A stretch of 64,000 nucleotides of DNA, from NCBI GenBank assembly GCA_016184115.1, contig JACPDH010000011.1, positions 48,522 through 112,521 of the forward strand. The letters run 5' to 3'. Within the stretch, counting starts at the first letter, position 1. Each line of letters begins with the position of its first letter. A program made the translations under genes and the position numbers. This stretch comes from Acidobacteriota bacterium (GTDB lineage Bacteria; Acidobacteriota; Thermoanaerobaculia; Gp7-AA8). The notes under the pieces are model-generated. The model worked only from the letters and a program-made list of their open reading frames with translations. It had not been told where the DNA came from and made no database searches. Positions 1-9,141 of this stretch are shown here, piece by piece.

Positions 1-1219
1 CGTGGACGAATCCCTCGAGGTGCGTCACTTCGCCGTGCGAGCCTCGAACGGCATGCGAGTTGAGCTGAACCCAGACGGGGCTGCCGTCGCGCCGCTTCCA
101 GACGACTTCGCAATCGAAGGCGCGCCCGACGGGAAGGTATTGTTCGATCAGCCGCGCCCTCTCGGCGGTGTCGAAGTAGATGTCGGCCGACATGCTCAAC
201 CCGAGAAGATCGTCGGCCGACTGATAACCGAGGATTCGTGCGAGTGTGCCGTTCGCGGTGCGGATCCGCCCCTCGAGCGTCGTCTGATAGATACCGACCG
301 GTGCGAGCTTGAAGATGTTCCGGTAATTCTCTTCGGACTTCGCGAGCTCGATCTCTTTGCGTCGGGCTTCGATCGCGGCGGAGATGTGGCGCGAGACGAA
401 CTTCAGGATCTCGAGATCTTGCGCGGAGTGAGTGACCTCTTCGTCGTAGCTCTGCACGCAGATGACGCCGTAGGTCTCTCCGTCACGTTTCAGCGGAGCG
501 GCAAGCCAGTCGACGGGTGGCGTGCCAATCACGGCGACTTCCTCCGCGGTCACGAGACGATCGAGCGCGGCGCGATCGACGAGGATTGCTTCGCCTCTCT
601 CCAGGACGTGGCCGGTCATCCCTTCGATCGGGACGACGCCTTCGGGTCGCGAGTCGTGAGCATCGACGTAATACGGGAACCAGATGCCATTCTTTTTCTC
701 GTCACGGATCGCGATGTAGAAGTTCGTTGCATTCATCAACTCCCCGACGACGCGATGCAGCGAGACGTAGACCTCCGCGAGATCGAGCGCGGAATGTGCA
801 ATTTCCGCGATTCGGAAGAGAGCCGATTGCAATCGCTCGTACCGACGCCGCTCGCTGACGTCGCGGAAGTACCAGACGCGACCCGACGGGAGCGCATCGT
901 CCATCGGACTGACGGTCACGGCGAGAACCCGGCCGTCGCGAAGGGGGACGTCGGCCGCCTTTCCCGACGTCGTACTCGGATCGGTCTGTCGATCCCGTAC
1001 CGGAGCCCAGTCAGTCACGAGAGGGCGAAGCGCCTCCAGCACCGCGTTTTCGGAGTCAGGCAACGGATGGCTGAGCGGGAGGCGGAAGATCTCGCGGAGG
1101 CGCTGGTTGAGCAGAGTAACGCGCCCTTCGGAGTCGACGACGAGCAGCCCGTCGAGCGCGCTCTCCTGGCGCGGGTCGAAGGCGGCTGTTGCCGGACGCG
1201 AGCTCGTTTCCGTAGCCAT
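1..1219 (-). CDS. PAS-GAF-PAS sensory signalling protein (output domain beyond left edge; partial)
   Basis: Not in the ORF track; read by hand on the minus strand from ATG 1219. MATETSS...ALDGLLVVDSEGRVTLLNQRLREIF (PAS)...RVWYFRDVSERRR, then SALFRIAEIAHS...NFYIAI...WLAAPLKRDGETYGVICVQSY (GAF), then SEENYRNIFKLAPVGIYQTTLEGRI (PAS). The + ORF 2..1345 is its antisense shadow. Confidence 0.9.
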   Translation of the reverse strand, partial: MATETSSRPATAAFDPRQESALDGLLVVDSEGRVTLLNQRLREIFRLPLSHPLPDSENAVLEALRPLVTDWAPVRDRQTDPSTTSGKAADVPLRDGRVLAVTVSPMDDALPSGRVWYFRDVSERRRYERLQSALFRIAEIAHSALDLAEVYVSLHRVVGELMNATNFYIAIRDEKKNGIWFPYYVDAHDSRPEGVVPIEGMTGHVLERGEAILVDRAALDRLVTAEEVAVIGTPPVDWLAAPLKRDGETYGVICVQSYDEEVTHSAQDLEILKFVSRHISAAIEARRKEIELAKSEENYRNIFKLAPVGIYQTTLEGRIRTANGTLARILGYQSADDLLGLSMSADIYFDTAERARLIEQYLPVGRAFDCEVVWKRRDGSPVWVQLNSHAVRGSHGEVTHLEGFVH

Positions 1220-1283
1220 GAGCGCAGAGGATTCGTTCGGGACTCGGGGAGGTTAGCACGAAAGCAGAGGACGCCGGTCCTGC

Positions 1284-2027
1284 CTATCCGGAGGGATCGC
1301 CCTCACCAGCGTGTGCCGCCTCACGGCCGGCGATCCACTTCTTGAACTCCTTCCATTGTGCCCAGTTTTGCATGACGAGCGAGAGCGCGATAAACGCGAG
1401 GATCCACTGCTGATACAGGAACGCCGCGGCCGCGCCCAGCACCGCGCTGAGCACGAGCGAGAGCCACGTCGCAAACGTGAACGCGAGTGCCGGTCGAACG
1501 ACATGCCGGAGGCCATGAAGCACGATCTGGCCTCCATCGAGCGGAAGGATTGGGACGAGGTTGAGTAGGCCCCATTTCTGATTCGCGAACGCCATCATCG
1601 CCATGAAGGCGAGCAGGAGCGTGTTCGTCTTCGCTTGCTGCAGGCTCGGGAGTATCCAGATCACGAGGTACGCAAGCGCGAGACTGCTCGCGGGCCCCGC
1701 AAGACTGATGAGCATTTCCTGCCACGGCGCGGCTCTTCGGCGATTGAAGGTTTCTCCGCCCCAGCCTCCGAGCTCGATCCTGCTCGTACCGAAACCGAAG
1801 GCCGCGATCGTCCCCGCGTGCGCGAGCTCGTGAATCAGCACACTCACGAACAGCACGGGAATCCAGAGGAGCGCGAGTTTCAGCGGCACCTGGCGATCGA
1901 GCTCCAACAGCACGAACACCCCGGCGAGCACGACGAAACTGATTCGCACGTCGATCGTCGTCCCCGCAATCGTCGCAACGCGGAACCTGCGTGCTGCCGG
2001 TTGGGGGCTCGTCCCGTCGTCCGTCAT
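1284..2027 (-). CDS. Site-2 protease family (M50) intramembrane metalloprotease
   Basis: HELAH (HExxH), AGP and NLVPILPLDGG motifs; several transmembrane helices. Confidence 0.92.
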   Translation of the reverse strand: MTDDGTSPQPAARRFRVATIAGTTIDVRISFVVLAGVFVLLELDRQVPLKLALLWIPVLFVSVLIHELAHAGTIAAFGFGTSRIELGGWGGETFNRRRAAPWQEMLISLAGPASSLALAYLVIWILPSLQQAKTNTLLLAFMAMMAFANQKWGLLNLVPILPLDGGQIVLHGLRHVVRPALAFTFATWLSLVLSAVLGAAAAFLYQQWILAFIALSLVMQNWAQWKEFKKWIAGREAAHAGEGDPSG

Positions 2028-4075
2028 ACGTTGAGATCCCTCGGAATGCGCACCAGAAATGTCGCTCCGTGTCCCTCGTTACTGCGTACGGAAATGATCC
2101 CGCCCTGCGCCTCGACGAGGCGCTTCGCGACCGTCAGTCCGAGTCCCGTCCCTTGCGAATGCTCACCGGTCGTGTAGACCTGCTCGAAGCTCTCGAAGAT
2201 CCTCTCGTGATCATCAGGATGGATACCGATCCCTCGGTCGGAGACTTCGATCTCGGTTTCGCGCCCTTCCTGTCGCGCGCGGACGACGATCTCATCGCCG
2301 TTGGCGCTGAACTTGATCGCGTTCAGCAGTAGTTTGACGATGACCTGCTCGAGTTTTTCGCGATCGAGCATCGAAAGGCCGGGCTCGGCCGGAACGTCGA
2401 TGCGGAGTGTCTGCTGCTTTTCGACCAGGAGGGGTTGGACCGCTGCCGCGGCGTTGCGTACGACGACGCGGACGTCGATGACCTCGGGTGCGAACGAGAT
2501 GCGTCCCGACTCGAGCCGCGCGATCTCGAGCAGATCGTTGATCATTCCGAGAAGCAGCCGCGCGCTCCGGAGCACATTCTCCACAAAGCGAAGGCGCTTC
2601 GCAGGCTCCATCGTATGGCCGGCATCGCGTAGGAGCTCGGTAAAGCCGAGGATCGCGTTGAGCGGAGTCCGAAGCTCGTGAGACATCTTCGCGAGGAACT
2701 CGCTCTTGTGACGCGAAGCGTCGACTGCGACACGCGTCTGCTGCTGCAGCTCGAGCTCGTGCTGCCGGAGACCGGTGGCTGCGCGATCGAGCGCCGCGTT
2801 GAGCGTTCGAATCTCGACGAAGGCGGTGCCGTCGTCGGCCGAGGGTGCGCGCGGCGCTCCACTTCCCAGAAGCTCGATCGAGTGGTGGAGATTCTCCAGC
2901 GGACGCGAGATACGCGAGATGAGTGTTCCAAATGCGACGATCAGGATCAGCAGCACGACCGCATCTACCGCGAGGCCGAACACGGTGAGGCGCTCACGAG
3001 TCTTGCGGAAGTGGTGCCACGAGACCGCGTCTGCGGTCTCGATCGACGTGCGCAGATTGAGGAACTCGCGCCCGAGCGGGGCTGCTTGCATTTCGAGCGC
3101 AAGCGACTCCGCTCCTCGTGCGATCGCATCGTGCGATGCCTTGAACCACGCCGCCGACTTCGCTCCAAGCCGGGAGTACTGGTCGAGCACAGCTGGAGTC
3201 GAGGCGACGACGAGCGGTTGGAGCTCCGACATCAAGCGTTCGTGGAGCTGGATGGTTTCGTCGAAGCGTGCGGTTCGATCTGCGGAACTGCCCGCGGACT
3301 CGCGTGCGAGGAAACCCTGTGCATGGAGGAAATTCGAGTTGAGGCGGTCGAGTGCGAGCCGTGCGTCGTTCGCGCGCAGCTGCTGGGTGAGGCGCGCTCC
3401 CTCGAGGCGCGTCGCGACTGCGTTGCGTACGGCTGCCGACGCGACCCATCCGAGAATCACGATCGCCGCCGTGACCTGAAGCGTATTCGTGATTGCAAGT
3501 GGCGACTGCGGGCGCGTGGGCGCGTCGTCACTGAGGCGACGAAGGAGTGCGCTCCCGAACGAGAGGAGCGGCGTCGCGAGCAAGAGCGCGGCGGCGAAGT
3601 CGGCGAGCCACCAGACGAGGAATCGGTTGCTGAATGGCGTCGCCGGATCGCCGGCCACGAGCATCGACGTGCCGAGCGCCGCGCTGATCGCGGTGTTCAC
3701 GACGGTGCCGGTGATCAAGAACATCCCGAGCGAGCGAAGGTCGCGTAGCTCGCGCGAAAGGCTGGGGCGAAGTCGAAAGACGATCGCCGGCAACGCGCCT
3801 TCGATTACGTTGATCGCACCGAAGAGCAGCGTCTGCGGTGTCGATTCGAGGTTCGCCCAGGGAGCAAATGACGTGCCGAGCAGCACGCCGAGTGCACCCC
3901 AGACGCCGAAGTACATGCAGGCGACGATCGCGACAGCGGTTGCGGGGAAGAGTACGGAGACTCCGCTCTCGATCTGGAAGCTGGCGGCGAGACGATCGAG
4001 CAACGCGTAGGCAATCGCAGTGCCTACGACAAAGGCGACTCTCAGGAGAATCGATCTTCCAGGCGATCTTGGCAT
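2024..4075 (-). CDS. MASE1-type membrane sensor histidine kinase
   Basis: N-terminal multi-TM MASE1-like region (WWLADF); H-box KSEFLAKMSHELRTPLNAILGF; HATPase motifs DRGIGI and GTGLGL. Confidence 0.92.
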   Translation of the reverse strand: MPRSPGRSILLRVAFVVGTAIAYALLDRLAASFQIESGVSVLFPATAVAIVACMYFGVWGALGVLLGTSFAPWANLESTPQTLLFGAINVIEGALPAIVFRLRPSLSRELRDLRSLGMFLITGTVVNTAISAALGTSMLVAGDPATPFSNRFLVWWLADFAAALLLATPLLSFGSALLRRLSDDAPTRPQSPLAITNTLQVTAAIVILGWVASAAVRNAVATRLEGARLTQQLRANDARLALDRLNSNFLHAQGFLARESAGSSADRTARFDETIQLHERLMSELQPLVVASTPAVLDQYSRLGAKSAAWFKASHDAIARGAESLALEMQAAPLGREFLNLRTSIETADAVSWHHFRKTRERLTVFGLAVDAVVLLILIVAFGTLISRISRPLENLHHSIELLGSGAPRAPSADDGTAFVEIRTLNAALDRAATGLRQHELELQQQTRVAVDASRHKSEFLAKMSHELRTPLNAILGFTELLRDAGHTMEPAKRLRFVENVLRSARLLLGMINDLLEIARLESGRISFAPEVIDVRVVVRNAAAAVQPLLVEKQQTLRIDVPAEPGLSMLDREKLEQVIVKLLLNAIKFSANGDEIVVRARQEGRETEIEVSDRGIGIHPDDHERIFESFEQVYTTGEHSQGTGLGLTVAKRLVEAQGGIISVRSNEGHGATFLVRIPRDLNV

Positions 4076-4222
4076 TCGAGAACGTGAACCGATGGAACTT
4101 CGAAGGCGGGGCCGCCTTCTCGCAGTCTACCTTTCGTCGCTTTCGTCCGCGACTCTTTTCCGCGACTGTTCCTTCACGCCGCGCGGCTCGCGGCGGATAA
4201 TGCGCCCGCAGAAGGAGACGGC

Positions 4223-5341
4223 ATGAACTTCGAGACGATTGCGACGCACATTGGCGGCGAGGTGGACGAGGAGACGGGAGCGATTGCCCCGCCAATCCAT
4301 CTGGCGACGACGTACGAGCTCGCACCAGACGGCAGCCAGTTCCACGGATATCGCTACTCGCGCGAGGGGAATCCGACGCAATCGCGCCTCGAGGCTGCGC
4401 TTGCAGCGATCGAGAGCGGCGCGAGATCACTCGCATTTGGCTCCGGGATGGCTGCAGGGGCCGCGGTCATCCAGGCGCTCCCAGCCGGATCGCGCGTGGT
4501 CTTCACCGATGACAGCTACTACGCATTCCGCCTCCTGGCCGGCGACTTCATGACGCGCTGGGGACTCGAATACGAGATCGTCTCAATGCGCGATCTCGAA
4601 ATTGTTCGTGCCGCGCTCCGAAAACCTGCTGCACTCGTCTGGGGAGAGACGCCGTCGAATCCGTTGATGAACGTCGTCGACATCCGGGAGCTGGCATCGA
4701 TCGCGCGCGCCGCGGGGGCATCGTTGCTCGTCGACAGCACATTCGCCACACCTGCGCTGCAACGACCGCTCGAGCTCGGCGCCGATATCGTCCTCCAGTC
4801 GACGACGAAATACCTCGGGGGGCACTCCGACGTCGGAGGAGGTGCGTTGGTGTTCGGGAGCGAGAGCGATCTCTACCGCCAGGTGCTTCACGTGAGGCGC
4901 GTGATCGGCGGTGTCGCGTCTCCATTCAATTCATGGCTCGTTCTCCGCGGCGTAAGGTCGCTCGCCGCGCGGATGCGGGTTCATTGCGAGAATGCGATGG
5001 CCGTTGCGACGTGGCTCGAGAAGCACCCGCGCGTGAGATGCGTGCACTACCCAGGGTTGGCCTCACATCCCGGACACGCGATCGCAGCGAGCCAGATGTC
5101 CGCGTTCGGCGGCATGCTGTCGTTCGAGATCGCCGGATCGCGCGAGGAAGCGATCGCGGTCGTGGCCGCGGTCAAGCTCTTCGTGCGCGCGACCAGCCTG
5201 GGAGGAGTCGAGAGTCTCATCGAGCACCGCGCGTCGATTGAAGGGAAGGGGACGACGGTGCCGGAGACGCTGATCCGCTGCTCGATTGGTCTCGAGCACC
5301 AGCGCGATCTGATCGCCGATCTCGAGCAAGCGCTCGGGTAG
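4223..5341 (+). CDS. Cystathionine gamma-synthase/lyase family PLP enzyme
   Basis: YSREGNPT, GSGMAA, ETPSNP, DSTFATP, STTKYLGGHSD (PLP lysine), SLGGVESL. Confidence 0.93.
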   Translation: MNFETIATHIGGEVDEETGAIAPPIHLATTYELAPDGSQFHGYRYSREGNPTQSRLEAALAAIESGARSLAFGSGMAAGAAVIQALPAGSRVVFTDDSYYAFRLLAGDFMTRWGLEYEIVSMRDLEIVRAALRKPAALVWGETPSNPLMNVVDIRELASIARAAGASLLVDSTFATPALQRPLELGADIVLQSTTKYLGGHSDVGGGALVFGSESDLYRQVLHVRRVIGGVASPFNSWLVLRGVRSLAARMRVHCENAMAVATWLEKHPRVRCVHYPGLASHPGHAIAASQMSAFGGMLSFEIAGSREEAIAVVAAVKLFVRATSLGGVESLIEHRASIEGKGTTVPETLIRCSIGLEHQRDLIADLEQALG

Positions 5342-5377
5342 TCGGCGTCGTCGCGAGGCGTGGCGAGAAGTCTCGGG

Positions 5378-7867
5378 CTACTTGAGCTCTATGCCGCTAA
5401 TGACGGTGGGCGCTGACGGGACGCTGACCATCGCCTCACGAATGCTCCCTCTGAACGTCGCGCGGATCGTGAACGATCCAGACGGGAGATTGCGGAACGC
5501 GAAACGTCCGTCATCCGTGGTCGTCACGCTCCTGTCGAGCTCGACGATCGATACGCTAATCGGGCCGGTCACGTCTTCGACGACACCCGACACGCTCCGA
5601 TTCGCGCGGACACGTAACGTCAGACTCGCCGGTTCGTTGGGCGCGAGCGCCAATGCGCGTTCACTCTCTCCGGCGAGCAGTGAGTAGCCGGAAGGCGGGG
5701 AATCGATAGCGACAACGTAGCTTCCCGGCGCCCCGACCCAGCTCAATGAGCCATCGCTTGCAGTGTCGAATCTGACGGCGTCGGACGAGGAACGAAGCGT
5801 GACCGTGGCCGCGGAGACGGGCTGTCCCTCGTCATCGAGCACATGGGCGAAGAGGCGCGCGGGGAAGTACGCGATCTCGAAATCGGCTGGCTCGCCCGGT
5901 TTCGCCGTGAGCGCCGACGGTGTGCGGAAATAGCTGTTCTTCGGCAGGACGAGCTCGATGCGGTGCACGTCGTGCACGACCCCCGAGAAGCGGTACGAGC
6001 CGCGTGTGTCAGTGGTGGTCGACGCCGTGCCGTCGAGGCGAATCGTGGCACCTTCGACGCCGGAAAGCGTCCCGTCGCTTGCACGGGCGACGACACGGCC
6101 TTCGATCGCGCCGTTCCTCGATGAGGTAATCCCCCGCAGGCTCACCGGCATCCGGAGGCGCACAGCGACCGCGTTCTCGTTGCGGCTGCTACGCGAGGTT
6201 CCGTAGCTTCGAACGGTGAAGTCGGCAACGAGCTCGGCCCCGGACGATGTGAGCTGGCGAGAGTAGGCGAGCGTGGCGAGCGCGCTGTCGCGTCCGCCAC
6301 CGACGCGGCGTGCGTGCTCGACCAATGCGCGTAGGGTGAGGCTCTGGCGGGTAGACGCGGGGATGAGCCATCGGAGGTCGAACCCCGCCTGTGTGCGCTC
6401 GAGAGACGTCTCGAGCACGATGTTCTCGATCAACCCCGCGTCGACGAGCCCCGGGTAGTCACGCAGGAGCCGGCTGATGTCGCCGACGCTCTGCGGAAAG
6501 ATCCCGAGCTCGGCGAGCGCGTTCGCGAATTCGGGGTTGCGGTCGAGGATGAGATAGAGCGAGGGAGCGGCGCTCTCGTAATCGACCCAGGCCGAAGCGT
6601 AAATCGAGCGGCCAGCGCCGTGAATCGACACGCGCCCTCCCGGACCGCTCTCGCCCGTGATCGAGCTCTCTTCCCATCGAGCCGTGAGCGAAGCACCGGC
6701 ACTGCGGCGGTTGTACTCGATGGTGAGTGGAACGCGGAACGTGTCGACGCTCTCCGTTCCGCGGTCGTCGAATCGTGAATACGACGCACCGCCAGCAATC
6801 GACCAGTTGGCGGCGATCGAGTAGCGTGCGTCGACGGAAGCGTTTTGATTGTCCTGCGACACGCCTGGGAAGCGAAAGCGGTACGCGGACGTCGTGGCAT
6901 TCGTCGAGAGCCGTGCCGAGGGGCGCGCGTTCCATACCGCTTCCGCGAACGATCCGGCCGAGCGCGATGGAGAACCGAATCCGGGAGGTTTGTGGCGGGC
7001 GTCGATCCAGAGTCGATTGAGCGCGTCCTGATATTCGATGCCTAACGCGCCTCCAGGCTCGCCGTCGTAGCTAGCTTCCGCGCCGATCGCGAGCCCATTG
7101 CGCTCGAACCGGCCGAAGACACTCCCTCGGAGGTGGCGCTCGCCGTCGGAGCTCCACATGAGGTTCTCGGAGAGGTCGAAGCCGAGAACACGGTGGCGGT
7201 GACTCGCGAGCGCGACGCGCTCGCCGCCCGCGGAGAGGAAGAGGTCACCGTAGCGAAACGATTCACGCTCGCCGCCACTGAGCAGCCATGTCCGAGACTC
7301 GTAGTGAATGCCGCGTACGACGTCGCCGTCGAGGCTGAGCGGTGTGGCGGCGACGGCACGGTCGAGGAGCGTGAGCTCGCTTCCGCGCCGGCGCAGCACG
7401 ATTGATGCGTCGGGAATGACGACCGGCTCGTTCCGCTCGTCTTCGTCGCGTGACTGGTCGACCGCGGTGAGCCGGAAACTGAAGCGCTCGGGGTCTTCCG
7501 AGGCGACTGTGTGCGCCATGCGTCGCGAGCTCGACTCGTAGCCGAGCTCGTAGAACCCGGTGGATGCTGGCCGGTGCTGAAGAAAGCCGTAGGAGGCAGC
7601 TGTTGGGGGTTGCACGACGGCCACGTCGATCGTCTCGGTACTATCAGGCCTGATGATCGTGATCAGCGTGCTTCCGAGGGCACGAGCGGTCACGATGACG
7701 AGACCGTCGCGGATCGTGGCATCAGCGATGCCAGGATCGATCGTGAAGACTGCGGTGGCCGCGGGATCCGCGAACGATGCGCTCTGCCTTAGTGGAATCG
7801 TCAGCGATTCTGCCGCGGCGATCTCCGCGAGCGCTAGAAACGCGAGAACGGCGAGGAGGTGCTTCAT
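5378..7867 (-). CDS. Secreted/outer-membrane usher-like protein (N-terminal Ig-like domain, probable beta-barrel, three C-terminal prealbumin/carboxypeptidase-regulatory-like domains)
   Basis: Signal peptide MKHLLAVLAFLALAEIAAA; central run of amphipathic beta-strands ending in aromatic residues; C-terminal repeats with TTTDTRGSYRF, DTASDGSLSW and TTTDDGRFAFRNLPSG; 4-nt overlap with upstream gene. Confidence 0.6.
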   Translation of the reverse strand: MKHLLAVLAFLALAEIAAAESLTIPLRQSASFADPAATAVFTIDPGIADATIRDGLVIVTARALGSTLITIIRPDSTETIDVAVVQPPTAASYGFLQHRPASTGFYELGYESSSRRMAHTVASEDPERFSFRLTAVDQSRDEDERNEPVVIPDASIVLRRRGSELTLLDRAVAATPLSLDGDVVRGIHYESRTWLLSGGERESFRYGDLFLSAGGERVALASHRHRVLGFDLSENLMWSSDGERHLRGSVFGRFERNGLAIGAEASYDGEPGGALGIEYQDALNRLWIDARHKPPGFGSPSRSAGSFAEAVWNARPSARLSTNATTSAYRFRFPGVSQDNQNASVDARYSIAANWSIAGGASYSRFDDRGTESVDTFRVPLTIEYNRRSAGASLTARWEESSITGESGPGGRVSIHGAGRSIYASAWVDYESAAPSLYLILDRNPEFANALAELGIFPQSVGDISRLLRDYPGLVDAGLIENIVLETSLERTQAGFDLRWLIPASTRQSLTLRALVEHARRVGGGRDSALATLAYSRQLTSSGAELVADFTVRSYGTSRSSRNENAVAVRLRMPVSLRGITSSRNGAIEGRVVARASDGTLSGVEGATIRLDGTASTTTDTRGSYRFSGVVHDVHRIELVLPKNSYFRTPSALTAKPGEPADFEIAYFPARLFAHVLDDEGQPVSAATVTLRSSSDAVRFDTASDGSLSWVGAPGSYVVAIDSPPSGYSLLAGESERALALAPNEPASLTLRVRANRSVSGVVEDVTGPISVSIVELDRSVTTTDDGRFAFRNLPSGSFTIRATFRGSIREAMVSVPSAPTVISGIELK

Positions 7868-8628
7868 TTCACCACGAGCTCCGCGGTTCGTGTCAGCGAG
7901 CGGCCCTCAAACTGGAGTGTCGCAACGACGCTGTAGACGCCGGGCTGGAGCTCGCCCGGATACTCGGAGCGAAGAGAGGCGCGTTCGCCCGGCAGGAAGC
8001 GGCGCGAGTCGAATTGAGTGCGACCGACGATCGCTCCGGATGCGTCGACGAAAACCGAGGCGCCCGTCGAGACGAGCGGCTCGCTTCCGGTATTCTCGAG
8101 CGTGGCTTCGATCGTCGCGTTCGTCGCAGCCGTCTGCGGCTCCACGCGCAGTGGTGCGCAATCGAGCCTAACGTCACCGGTGAGCGTGAACGTGAAGAGC
8201 GTGCCAAGCGACGCGGTCGCCGAGACTCCGTTGATGCGGAAGAGCGTCGTGCCTCGGAAGATCGCCACAACGGCCCGCTGTGTGGTCGACGCTGGAAGCG
8301 TCAGCGTGACATCGACGGAGCGCGACTCGCCGGCAAGGACCGTGACCGCTCGCTTAGAAAACGTTGCGCTCGCGGCAATGCTGTCGGGCGTGGATCCCGC
8401 GGGGTGGAACTCGCGAGTACCGTTCTTGACGACGACGTCCTGCGCGATGAGCTCGAATGAGGCGTCGACTCCTGTGCGGTTCGTGAGCGTGATTCGATGA
8501 GTCACGCTCGCTCCTCCAGCGCCGCGGAGGTTTACGACGGAAGGGGAGAGCGTCAGTGCCGATTCTTCCGCGCGGAGCGACGTTGTTGCGCAGAGGATGA
8601 GGGCGATCCAGAGTGCGCGTTTAGTCAT
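7864..8628 (-). CDS. Periplasmic two-Ig-domain fimbrial chaperone-like protein
   Basis: Signal peptide MTKRALWIALILCATTSLRA; LTLSPSVVNL...ITLTNRT...VTVLAGESRSVDV and LENTGSEP...RFLPGERASL resemble PapD/EcpB-like chaperones. Confidence 0.65.
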   Translation of the reverse strand: MTKRALWIALILCATTSLRAEESALTLSPSVVNLRGAGGASVTHRITLTNRTGVDASFELIAQDVVVKNGTREFHPAGSTPDSIAASATFSKRAVTVLAGESRSVDVTLTLPASTTQRAVVAIFRGTTLFRINGVSATASLGTLFTFTLTGDVRLDCAPLRVEPQTAATNATIEATLENTGSEPLVSTGASVFVDASGAIVGRTQFDSRRFLPGERASLRSEYPGELQPGVYSVVATLQFEGRSLTRTAELVVK

Positions 8629-8639
8629 CGGCGTCGCCT

Positions 8640-9077
8640 TCAGTGTGTCTCGACGTTCCACGTGATCGCTTCGGCCAGTGCTCCTGCCGAAGCGTCGCGC
8701 GGAACTTCAAGCTCGATCGTGTATTCGACTCCAACCCCGACCGGCATCATCGGATCGACGACGACAGGGACCGCGGAAAGTGCGATTCCATTGATCCGAA
8801 CGCGGCATCGCGTCTCGGTTCCGTCGGTCCACGCGCTGAGCCGCGCAGTGCGGCGTTCCTTCGCGTCAGTCTCTGCGACGACGCGGATCCGCTTCGTCAC
8901 CCTCGTTCCTCCCTGCTGTCGCGAGGCACCATGGCTGATCACGCCGAGGTCGAGATTCGCGACGTTCGGGCGGCCGAGTCGATGCGATGCGTCGGCGAAG
9001 ACGAGCCGGATGTCATTCCCGGCGGACACGCCGCCTGCCAGGAGAAGAAACGCGGAGATCGCGATCAGCTGTCTCAT
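8640..9077 (-). CDS. Secreted beta-rich protein, putative minor fibre subunit
   Basis: Signal peptide; LDLGVIS motif parallels LGNIS of the major subunit; C-terminal strand AITWNVETH parallels AINFTATSN. Confidence 0.55.
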   Translation of the reverse strand: MRQLIAISAFLLLAGGVSAGNDIRLVFADASHRLGRPNVANLDLGVISHGASRQQGGTRVTKRIRVVAETDAKERRTARLSAWTDGTETRCRVRINGIALSAVPVVVDPMMPVGVGVEYTIELEVPRDASAGALAEAITWNVETH

Positions 9078-9101
9078 TGATTCGCCTCTGGTCCCGGAGG
9101 G

Positions 9102-9133
9102 CGCCGCCCCGGTGTTGTCGCACCGGGGCGGCG
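9102..9133. terminator. Perfect 13-bp GC hairpin between major and minor subunit genes (attenuator or mRNA stabiliser)
   Basis: CGCCGCCCCGGTG-TTGTCG-CACCGGGGCGGCG, 8 nt after the subunit stop; no strong U-tail. Confidence 0.65.
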
Positions 9134-9141
9134 AGTGGGCC

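Noticed and set aside
2-1345. 447-aa + strand ORF
   Set aside because: Antisense shadow of the minus-strand PAS-GAF-PAS gene.
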